Virus record (IMG/VR): IMGVR_UViG_3300025133_009608
Span: 252,665-316,664 of that record
Strand: one strand, 5' to 3'
Length of the DNA stretch: 64,000 nt
The position numbers were made by a program, and so were the translations under genes. Numbering within the stretch: the stretch's first letter is position 1; each line of letters begins with the position of its first letter. The notes below the pieces were generated by a model, which saw only the letters and a program-made list of their open reading frames with translations, was not told where the DNA came from and did no database searches. Shown one piece after another: positions 16,830 through 24,829 of this stretch.

Positions 16830-17306
16830 TTATTTAATCTTTATTTTATAAAATTTTGCCGGGGACCCAAACCAGACTTCTTTATCTGGGATGTTGCTTC
16901 GAACCTGAGAACACGCGCCAATAATACAATCGCTTCCTATCTCAAATCCAGGCATGAGAGTTACGTTCGCCCCAATGAGCGTTCCGTTTCCAATCCCCAC
17001 AACCATCTTCTCGTCGTTCCTGCTCAAGTCTGCCGTGTCTGTCAGCACAAACCCATATTTTATTAAAACATTAGAGCCGATAACGGCGTTCGCAGAGATT
17101 GTACACCTACTTCCAAACGATGTTCCATCACCTATTGTGACATTCTCCCGAATCTCACAATAGGCCGTAAAACTACAGTTTTTTCCAATTTTTGACCCAC
17201 TTCTTATGATACAAAATGGGCCAACCTTGGTACCGTCCCCAATCTCAACTCCATCTTCAATATATGCAAGCGGATGTATTTCCAAATTTCTTCCCAAATC
17301 TCTCAC
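16830..17306 (-). CDS. Hexapeptide-repeat acetyltransferase (WbpD-like N-acetyltransferase)
   Basis: IHPLAYIEDGVEIGDGTKVG, IGANVTLMPG..IG...IIGACS.V and W.GSPAK. Confidence 0.85.
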   Translation of the reverse strand: MRDLGRNLEIHPLAYIEDGVEIGDGTKVGPFCIIRSGSKIGKNCSFTAYCEIRENVTIGDGTSFGSRCTISANAVIGSNVLIKYGFVLTDTADLSRNDEKMVVGIGNGTLIGANVTLMPGFEIGSDCIIGACSQVRSNIPDKEVWFGSPAKFYKIKIK

Positions 17307-17821
17307 TATGCGCCCCCCTCGGCCGTCTGCCGATCTAGTTTTCTAATTATTTTCGCCGGAGAGCCATAAATAAGCACTTCATTTTCATAAAACGATGAAG
17401 TGACTACAGAGCCCATCCCTATTATATTTTTGCTACCCAGCACAGCCCTATTTCTAATGCAACAGTTTATTTTTATCTTGTTTAAGCTGCCAATTTTACA
17501 AAATCCAGCCAAAATCGCTCGCACTCCGATTTCATTTTTGTCCCCAATTAAAACATCGTGGCCAATATTCGAGTAATTCATTATAAAATTTCCAGACCCT
17601 ATCGCTGTATCGCTCTCTGCTCCGGACATTATAGAGACATGAGCTCCAATCCAATTATCATCTCCAATTACAACCCCGCAAACATCATCGGGGCCGCTAC
17701 TGGTAAACCCCGGCAGACCTATAACTGCGTATGGGTATATTATATTTCCAGTTCCAATCACAACGTTATCGCAAATAATCGCCGTACTATGAATCTTGTT
17801 TCCATCTATAAAACTCCACAT
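17306..17821 (-). CDS. Hexapeptide-repeat acyltransferase (LpxA-like left-handed beta helix)
   Basis: IHSTAII..NVVIG.GNII.PYAVIG, T.IG.GNFIM..SNIGHD and YGSPAK. Confidence 0.85.
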   Translation of the reverse strand: MWSFIDGNKIHSTAIICDNVVIGTGNIIYPYAVIGLPGFTSSGPDDVCGVVIGDDNWIGAHVSIMSGAESDTAIGSGNFIMNYSNIGHDVLIGDKNEIGVRAILAGFCKIGSLNKIKINCCIRNRAVLGSKNIIGMGSVVTSSFYENEVLIYGSPAKIIRKLDRQTAEGGA

Positions 17822-19204
17822 TTACTTGATCATCTCCAAGATTCTACTACGCTCATCATCCGTCAGCTCTCTATTATTCGATGTTTTTAATATCTGCTTA
17901 AGAGTGGTTCTATTCCCCTCTGTCTTTATATCTACAATTATACCATTTATATCCTTCATGCTCAGGACCGTCTGGCTCTTGATTGATTTCAATTTTTTAG
18001 ACCAAAGCTTTCCATCGGGAGAGTTATTCGCGTCGTCTGGCCATAAATTTGGACCAATTCTTTCAACCAATGACCGACTGAGGCATCGCCCGGGGGCGAG
18101 CGGCTCTGTTGATCGCCCTCCCTTGTACCCAAATGTATATGCCCCAGTCTTGGACTTCATATCGTAAAAGTACAAGTCGCCCCAACTTATTAAATCATAT
18201 GACATTGCCTTGGTCTTCAGTTCGGAAAAAACTTCCTTGGAAATTAAATCATCACTGCCTAACAGGATTATGTGGGTGTATTGCTTGCTCTTTATGAACC
18301 ACTTTATTCTGGCATTAAACTTCCGTCCAAGTGGCTTATTTTTCTCCTCGACGTAGTGGCACCCGAGACTTTTTGATAGCAACTCCGATCTGCGACCCTC
18401 ACTTCCGACTGCCAATATATCTGCAAATTGACTATTATTCTTTACGAACAGCCTAAATACATCCTCTCTTCTCCAGATTGGGGTAGCTATCAATGGCCGG
18501 AACTCGCTACGTGGCGGTGGGAGCTTTCTTTTGCTCTTATTCCTCAGAGAACTAGACAGACCCTTGGAGGCTCCGTTGTAAGCTTTTTTACTTATATAAC
18601 TTCCGTCCATTTTCCACTTTCTTTTTAGATATCCGACGAAGTGTCTTGCTCCAGCGTCACTTCCGAATTTTCTCATCTTCTGTGTATACTCATAATATTT
18701 TGAAAATGCTATAGCTGCCGTCGGAGCCGAATCGTGGTCCCCGAGTACTTTGGATATTTCAACATTTTGGTACCCCAACTTCGCAGCTCTTTTTGCAAAG
18801 TCTCGGTCACCACCCAGAACATCTCTAAACTCTAACTGCTGCAGCGCCTCAGAGCTCCATAGCTTCAATGAGCCAATCTTCTTCTCTAAGAATAAATCAT
18901 ATAATAACGAGGAGGCATTAAGAATTTTTACTCCATCTGCTTCTTTCTTTTTTGCGAACTTGAGCAGCTCAGTGATAGCATTTTTCTTAAGATACATGTC
19001 CTCATCTATCTGAAGGCACCACTTGGTACCAACACACGCATTTCGCATAGTGTTTAGCCACGCAGATTGTGGCGACTTATTTTTAATAACCACAACTTCA
19101 ACAACATTTGGGCTCTCAGCGGCTAATTCATCTATTATCTTCTTGCAGCGAGCAAACGTTGGAGACCCAACCGTTCCGATGCATATTGTTATTGAGTCAC
19201 CCAT
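17822..19204 (-). CDS. Two-domain GT-A/GT2-like glycosyltransferase
   Basis: N-domain has WCLQIDEDM (DxD); C-domain has IATPIWRR, VGSEG, PLGRKFN and LLGSDDL. Confidence 0.7.
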   Translation of the reverse strand: MGDSITICIGTVGSPTFARCKKIIDELAAESPNVVEVVVIKNKSPQSAWLNTMRNACVGTKWCLQIDEDMYLKKNAITELLKFAKKKEADGVKILNASSLLYDLFLEKKIGSLKLWSSEALQQLEFRDVLGGDRDFAKRAAKLGYQNVEISKVLGDHDSAPTAAIAFSKYYEYTQKMRKFGSDAGARHFVGYLKRKWKMDGSYISKKAYNGASKGLSSSLRNKSKRKLPPPRSEFRPLIATPIWRREDVFRLFVKNNSQFADILAVGSEGRRSELLSKSLGCHYVEEKNKPLGRKFNARIKWFIKSKQYTHIILLGSDDLISKEVFSELKTKAMSYDLISWGDLYFYDMKSKTGAYTFGYKGGRSTEPLAPGRCLSRSLVERIGPNLWPDDANNSPDGKLWSKKLKSIKSQTVLSMKDINGIIVDIKTEGNRTTLKQILKTSNNRELTDDERSRILEMIK

Positions 19205-20127
19205 TACGCTCTATCCTTCAAGAAATTATCAAACAAGGTTTGAGCCCTGCTGTCCGGGAAGTGATTATCTCTAGCATACTTAGCAATTTTATTATAAGAA
19301 TATTTATTATTATTTAATTTATTTCCCTTTGAAATCATATCTTTCTTTCCGGAAAATACCTCCCCCAAGAATGGATTGCTCATTACTATTTTAGCTTCCG
19401 GAATATTTCTCTCAATGAGGACCGGCATTCCGGCACCTATGTACTCAAAGAATTTTGACGAACTTTCTCTCTGAAGCTTCTTGCTTCCTAGCGGATAAAT
19501 TGACGGGACAAACCCAGCAAAGTAGTGGCCACGATTTAGCTCCTGATAGAGCTTGCTATGGCTTTTCGGCTCCAAAATTAAAGAACCTGGAATTTTAGAC
19601 TGCACGAATTCTATATTCTCCTTAAATCCTGGAGAGCTCCTGGTGAATCTCAATATACTTTTCCCTCGCCAGTATTTTATCGGATAAACCCCAAAGCTAA
19701 TTCCCGAGGCATTCATTGTCTTTATCTTTGCTTCAGCCAAGGGAGAGAGTCTTCCCAAGTAGGCCATTCGCACCCGGTCCGTGGTGGCTATTTTTATATC
19801 CCTATCTCCATGGCAGTAATTCATTAAAATAAACTGATTATTTTTTGGAGCAGGGTATGGGGATATCGAGCAGGCTGTATCTACCCCGGTCATATCGAAT
19901 CCGCACTCGGTAATCTTCAAAGTATATTTCGAACTAATCTTTCTCCTTAGAGGCGTTCTGTCAATAATTGCGAAATCATACTTTAAATCATAATCATTAA
20001 TAAAGGATTCAAATTCACATATTTTATGCAATTCTTCAACTATCTTTCCAATCTTACATGGAGAGCAGTGATAGAGCCCGCCTCTACCATAGTTGCCGGA
20101 ATATCTTGAGAAGATTCCAATCCTCAC
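19204..20127 (-). CDS. Divergent GT-B-like glycosyltransferase
   Basis: MAYLGRL and SSKFFEYIGAGMPVL resemble a GT4 C-terminal motif; island context. Confidence 0.65.
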   Translation of the reverse strand: MRIGIFSRYSGNYGRGGLYHCSPCKIGKIVEELHKICEFESFINDYDLKYDFAIIDRTPLRRKISSKYTLKITECGFDMTGVDTACSISPYPAPKNNQFILMNYCHGDRDIKIATTDRVRMAYLGRLSPLAEAKIKTMNASGISFGVYPIKYWRGKSILRFTRSSPGFKENIEFVQSKIPGSLILEPKSHSKLYQELNRGHYFAGFVPSIYPLGSKKLQRESSSKFFEYIGAGMPVLIERNIPEAKIVMSNPFLGEVFSGKKDMISKGNKLNNNKYSYNKIAKYARDNHFPDSRAQTLFDNFLKDRA

Positions 20128-21062
20128 TTCAATACCTCTTCGAAAGCTTCGCCCCAGCGCTCTTTGTATTCTTTAATTCCAAACACTTTGATCGCCCTGG
20201 CTCGACCGGCCGCGCTCAGCTCCGCTTGCAAATCTTTTGACCCCAAAATTCTCTTACACGCCGCTAACATATCTTCCTTCGTATCTGCAAAAAGACAGTC
20301 TCTCCCGCCCCTTAGGTGCCTGCTTATTCCATGATTATTAGTTGTGACTAGCGGAGCCCCGCACATCATTGCCTCGACCCTGCTGCGAGGCATAGCGCTT
20401 CGCACAGTGGAATTCAGGCAAACCCCATACTTATTATATTTTTGCACTAATTTCTTTAACGGAAAGTTTCCAATACTCTCGGGCAGGTCCTCGTCTCCAT
20501 GGCCAACCAAGTCGCACAAGCCAGTCTTTTCGGAGACATACCTCCACTCATCAAATCCTAATATTGCCCCTCTTTTTTCGAATACATTCGCTACGGTCAA
20601 GATCCTATCATTTCTTTTCAGCTTCATATCGCAAAATTCATCCGGATCAAATCCGTGGGGGATGTAAAAATGTTTTTTTCCAGGCAAGTTTTTATAATTC
20701 TTATCCATCGCATATTTGGAATTCCACACAACCACTCTGGCCCACCTTGGAATAGAAAAGGGAGCATCCGTCTGAACTACGGCAATTCCCGGTGCGCGAT
20801 GCCTTCTTCGAAATGGCTCAAGCCTTTTTGCTCCCGGTGACACGCGAACCATAATAATATTATATTTTCGCGTCATTAGTGCGCGCTCTTTTGCGGCAAC
20901 GATGTTCGCCTTATCTCCGCTAATAGCTGGTCGGCCGAAGTCCTCATCGGTCGGGGCACGGCCGTTGAGTTTGGTGCACCAAAATCGAGGACCAGTCTTA
21001 AAGAACTCATATTGATGCCCGCCATGAACGAGCCAATCCATAATTTCCAATTTTTCAACCAT
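20124..21062 (-). CDS. GT4-family glycosyltransferase
   Basis: IPHGFD, KRG and P...VEAMMCGAPLVTT. Confidence 0.85.
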   Translation of the reverse strand: MVEKLEIMDWLVHGGHQYEFFKTGPRFWCTKLNGRAPTDEDFGRPAISGDKANIVAAKERALMTRKYNIIMVRVSPGAKRLEPFRRRHRAPGIAVVQTDAPFSIPRWARVVVWNSKYAMDKNYKNLPGKKHFYIPHGFDPDEFCDMKLKRNDRILTVANVFEKRGAILGFDEWRYVSEKTGLCDLVGHGDEDLPESIGNFPLKKLVQKYNKYGVCLNSTVRSAMPRSRVEAMMCGAPLVTTNNHGISRHLRGGRDCLFADTKEDMLAACKRILGSKDLQAELSAAGRARAIKVFGIKEYKERWGEAFEEVLK

Positions 21063-22167
21063 AGTTTTTAAACCGATCTTTCTTTAAAATTTCTTCAATT
21101 CTACTCCCGACGGCCTCTATTGTCATGGTTTTTGATATATTTTTTGCGTTAATGACCTTGTCGGCTATGTCTTCGTTATTCTCGAATACGTTTCTCATAT
21201 TTTTGCGCAAAGAAGAGGTGGAGGGATATGCCCAATTCTGAGTCTTATTGTATAATGGCTGCCAGCCCATGCCCTTCACTGGGCCGATTTTGTGAGCAAT
21301 TATATTTGCGCTATTTTCATCTAAAAATTCTGTTATCCCGCCGAACTTTGTAGTTATCAAATGATTCCCGGCCTCAATGGCATCATGAATCGGCATCCCC
21401 CATCCTTCGCCGCGATGCGGAGCCACATAGCAGTCGCCATAATTATGAATTGCTTTAATTTGCTCAAATGGAATTTTTTCGTCAATTAAGTATACTTTTG
21501 GATAAAACTTTTTATTTAGTCTTCTCTTTATATTTATAATATCAAGATAAATCTGCTCTTTTTTGTACTTATCCGGATCGAGCTTGCTGGTTTTTATAAG
21601 CAATAAAACCTTATCCTTCCGGGCGAACTCGTTGTAATAGGCCGTTAGTAGCTCTTTGTACCCCTTTCTCTCGTGCCATTGAAATATAGAATAAAACTTA
21701 AATACATCATCCGATATTAAAAGCTCAGAAGTTGCCGGGGACGGAACCGCCACAGTTAGCGCTGAGGAGCTCCAGATGGACGGGGTTGGCACGACCTCTA
21801 TGTGACCTTTAAAGCCAGCCCTGCGACAGGCTGTGGCGACCAGTTCGCATGGTGCCCATATCTCATCCAAAAACTTTATAGAACTACGCCAAGGCGTGGG
21901 CAAAGCATCCGCCTCCCAGTAGAAATAGCCTATTTTATAATTATTTGACTTATGCTGGCTAAAGGGTGGCATATTCAAATATAAATCAATTTTGGGCGAA
22001 CCAGAAAAGTTATTTAGCTTGATGTTAAAATCCGAAGGGCTTGAGCTTAATTCAAATTTTGTATTTACATCCGACCCAGACAACGCGAGTGCAAAAGCTC
22101 TACTGGCATTTGCATACCCAGAGGGGCCCGAGGTTTTTGCGAAATATCTTATTGAAGGCAGAGGCAT
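21055..22167 (-). CDS. GT4-family glycosyltransferase
   Basis: SGYANA, YFYWE, DEIWAP, ERKG..ELL.AY..EF and RGEGWGMPI.DA. Confidence 0.9.
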   Translation of the reverse strand: MPLPSIRYFAKTSGPSGYANASRAFALALSGSDVNTKFELSSSPSDFNIKLNNFSGSPKIDLYLNMPPFSQHKSNNYKIGYFYWEADALPTPWRSSIKFLDEIWAPCELVATACRRAGFKGHIEVVPTPSIWSSSALTVAVPSPATSELLISDDVFKFYSIFQWHERKGYKELLTAYYNEFARKDKVLLLIKTSKLDPDKYKKEQIYLDIINIKRRLNKKFYPKVYLIDEKIPFEQIKAIHNYGDCYVAPHRGEGWGMPIHDAIEAGNHLITTKFGGITEFLDENSANIIAHKIGPVKGMGWQPLYNKTQNWAYPSTSSLRKNMRNVFENNEDIADKVINAKNISKTMTIEAVGSRIEEILKKDRFKNYG

Positions 22168-23690
22168 CAGACGTACCTACCCACTAGAATCTCAGAATCT
22201 CCATCATTTCTCTTGTAAAATACAGAATCCGGAAGAACCCCAGATAAAAACTTAGCGGATATATCCTTTATATCATGATTATCTCTAACATACTTTGATG
22301 CAGCTCTAACTACATCGCTATTTTCGATATTTTCAGATATCAATAAAGCATTTTCAGATTCAATATCACCGATAAAAAATCCATTAACTCCATTCGAAAT
22401 AATATCTGGAATCCCTCCAACTTTAGGCATAAAAACCGGAACTCCGGATGCCATAGCTTCAAGCATTGAAATGGGAGTTCCTTCCATTGTTGATGTAGAG
22501 AGAAATGCATCAAATAATGAGTAATATTTATGCACATCCCTCTTATGTCCGAAAAACCTAACGTTCTCCCCTGCGGCCTGCCTTAGTCGTCCAAGCTCGG
22601 GGCCGGAGCCTATAATTAAAAAGGTAAAATCCTTCATTTTTTTAGCAATATCTAAAACTCTATCTATATTTTTCTCAGATGAAAGCCTTGAAACAACTCC
22701 CACAGTCGGCCGATTGATTGGAAGATTATTTTGGACCCGAAACTCTCTCCCATCCCGATTGCAAAATCTGTCTAGATCGATCCCAACTGGTATAGTTGTG
22801 ACTCTATTCTCTTCGACTCCTTCGATATCAAGACACAAAGATGATGATACTTTAAATATCTGATCAACTCCTCTTCTCGACTTTATGCTCGAGACCGAAT
22901 CAGACCACTCGAAGTCGCTATGATAAATTTCAATTATTCTAGATGATATCGCACCAGTAGACACCAGCGCAGAGATCTTCTCGTAAACCCTTTTGCTATT
23001 ATAATAAATAACAACATCGTAACCTCTTGAGGAGATAAGCGCCCCGAGACGATCAACGCCGCCAACCCTGGTGTGCTTTACTCTCTTATTGCTGCAAGCT
23101 CCGACGAGCGGATTTTTCCCAAGATATAGTAGTTCTATAGAAAGCATTTTGGAGTCTATATTGTCCAATATGCTCTTTATATATATCTCTGCCCCTCCAT
23201 AAATTCCATACGGGATGACGATGGCCAATGTGCTTGGGTCGGCGGTCCCAAATCTCGAAAGCAACTCTAGATCTGTTCGTTTTATGCTATTTTGTTTGCT
23301 CTTTTTCTTTTTTATCGGAAGCGCTCGGCTCGAAGATATGACGACTCTTCCAATTTCCACTCCACCGATTGCCCCACCGGGTCTAGTTATTCTTATTTTT
23401 CCAAAAAAAGGCTCCGGCGCAGAAATCGGAAAAGAAGACTCCGACCAACTCGTGCTAGATAGTGAAATTTTTTCATCCAACAATATTATATTATCTTTCG
23501 ACAAAATCTGGAGCCTCGCTGGGCCGTTTCCCGAGCGCTTCCGCCCTATAACCTTTATCCTTCCTTCGGCCGGTATCCTTGCCGGGTGCTCTGCGATTCC
23601 CCTGGGATTTAAATGAACGGTCTTCTCTGTCCCAACACGAATCCCGCTTCCAAACCATTTAAAATCCCTAGCGGAGTCGAAATCTCTCAT
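22167..23690 (-). CDS. GT4-family glycosyltransferase with an extra N-terminal beta-rich domain
   Basis: GGAEIY, IPVGID, VSRLSSEKN and EGTPISMLEAMASGVPV. Start moved to ATG 23690 (ATGA overlap with the upstream stop). Confidence 0.9.
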   Translation of the reverse strand: MRDFDSARDFKWFGSGIRVGTEKTVHLNPRGIAEHPARIPAEGRIKVIGRKRSGNGPARLQILSKDNIILLDEKISLSSTSWSESSFPISAPEPFFGKIRITRPGGAIGGVEIGRVVISSSRALPIKKKKSKQNSIKRTDLELLSRFGTADPSTLAIVIPYGIYGGAEIYIKSILDNIDSKMLSIELLYLGKNPLVGACSNKRVKHTRVGGVDRLGALISSRGYDVVIYYNSKRVYEKISALVSTGAISSRIIEIYHSDFEWSDSVSSIKSRRGVDQIFKVSSSLCLDIEGVEENRVTTIPVGIDLDRFCNRDGREFRVQNNLPINRPTVGVVSRLSSEKNIDRVLDIAKKMKDFTFLIIGSGPELGRLRQAAGENVRFFGHKRDVHKYYSLFDAFLSTSTMEGTPISMLEAMASGVPVFMPKVGGIPDIISNGVNGFFIGDIESENALLISENIENSDVVRAASKYVRDNHDIKDISAKFLSGVLPDSVFYKRNDGDSEILVGRYV

Positions 23691-24778
23691 ACTAGGTCCA
23701 AGATTTGATTTGCTGCATTTTCCCAAGTAAACTTTTTGAGCGTCTCTTTTCTTTCATCCGAGAATTCATCTAAAATTATAGCCTTATTGAGATACATGCG
23801 CTTCATCTTATCGGCCAGGTCTTCAACCTCTGGGACCCATATTTTTGCCCCGGGGGATGCCCTCCAGTATTGATACTTATCTCCGGCAGCAATCTCTCTG
23901 ACATCTACGAGCAAGCTATTTTTCTCATTTAAAAAGTCTAGATGGCCAGAACAATTTGGAGCTATAACCGGAAGACCAGCGGCCATTGCCTCTAAAAACG
24001 GAAGGCCGAATCCCTCTGCCGAAGTTGCGCTAACAAGCGAATCACAAGAATTATAAAGAGGAATCAGGCTGTCATACTTTCTTTGTACGATTTCAATCTG
24101 AGGAAGACTTTTTCCTTTGTGCTTTTTTTGTACTTTTACAATCTCTTTTGCAATATCACATTCAAATTTAAATTTTGGCTTCTTCAGAGAGGTCTTTATT
24201 ATCAGGCAAACGTCATCGGAAGCAGAAAATGCAGAATAATAAGCATCAACCAGCATTCCTATGTTTTTTCTGTGATGCGCTATAGACACGTTAAGAAACT
24301 TAAATGATTTATTGGTCTTGATCGAATCTAACTTGTCTTTTCGGTCAAAATCTTCAATATTTATTCCATGAGGAACCACTATGCATTTATCTTCAGGCCA
24401 GCCAGATTCTACAAATACCTTTTTAGAGTATGAACTCGACGGCAAGACGTAATCCACATGCTTTATCTCGGGGAGCCAAACCCCCGGTAGGATACTGGAC
24501 TCGTAATTATATATTGCAAGCTTTAAGTTTGACTTGCCGCGAAATCGCTCTTTAAAGTTCCGAGGGAGGGTATATGTGATGTCTATGTCCGGATCTTTGA
24601 CCTCTCTCTTTGTCTTTTTCATCCAATCTGGCGGAAACATTTCATACCCGTTTATTGAATTAAGATATAAGTCATGACCCTTTGCATCAAACTGAGCAAG
24701 AAGGCTTCTGATTGTTACGGCCCAGCTATGGCTGGTTCCGAGCATGGCTTTGCTTCTGATCTTTAACGTCTTGGGCAT
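23687..24778 (-). CDS. GT4-family glycosyltransferase
   Basis: YNYES, VVPHGI, RKNI..L..AY..AF, EGFGLPFLEAMAAGLPVI and FTWE. Confidence 0.92.
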   Translation of the reverse strand: MPKTLKIRSKAMLGTSHSWAVTIRSLLAQFDAKGHDLYLNSINGYEMFPPDWMKKTKREVKDPDIDITYTLPRNFKERFRGKSNLKLAIYNYESSILPGVWLPEIKHVDYVLPSSSYSKKVFVESGWPEDKCIVVPHGINIEDFDRKDKLDSIKTNKSFKFLNVSIAHHRKNIGMLVDAYYSAFSASDDVCLIIKTSLKKPKFKFECDIAKEIVKVQKKHKGKSLPQIEIVQRKYDSLIPLYNSCDSLVSATSAEGFGLPFLEAMAAGLPVIAPNCSGHLDFLNEKNSLLVDVREIAAGDKYQYWRASPGAKIWVPEVEDLADKMKRMYLNKAIILDEFSDERKETLKKFTWENAANQILDLV

Positions 24779-24784
24779 GGCATG

Positions 24785-24796
24785 ATTTTACCAAAA
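24785..24796 (-). promoter_or_regulatory. Candidate extended -10 promoter TTTTGGTAAAAT heading the glycan island
   Basis: TGnTAAAAT lies 6 nt upstream of the ATG at 24778; the same 12-mer occurs at 60778-60789. Confidence 0.5.
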
Positions 24797-24829
24797 AAAG
24801 TACCAATAATTGAAAATACTAAATTAAAA

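Noticed and set aside
9025-24778. Bacterial O-antigen or capsule locus
   Set aside because: There is no wzx, wzy, wzm/wzt or priming transferase, and the genes are contiguous with phage tail genes.
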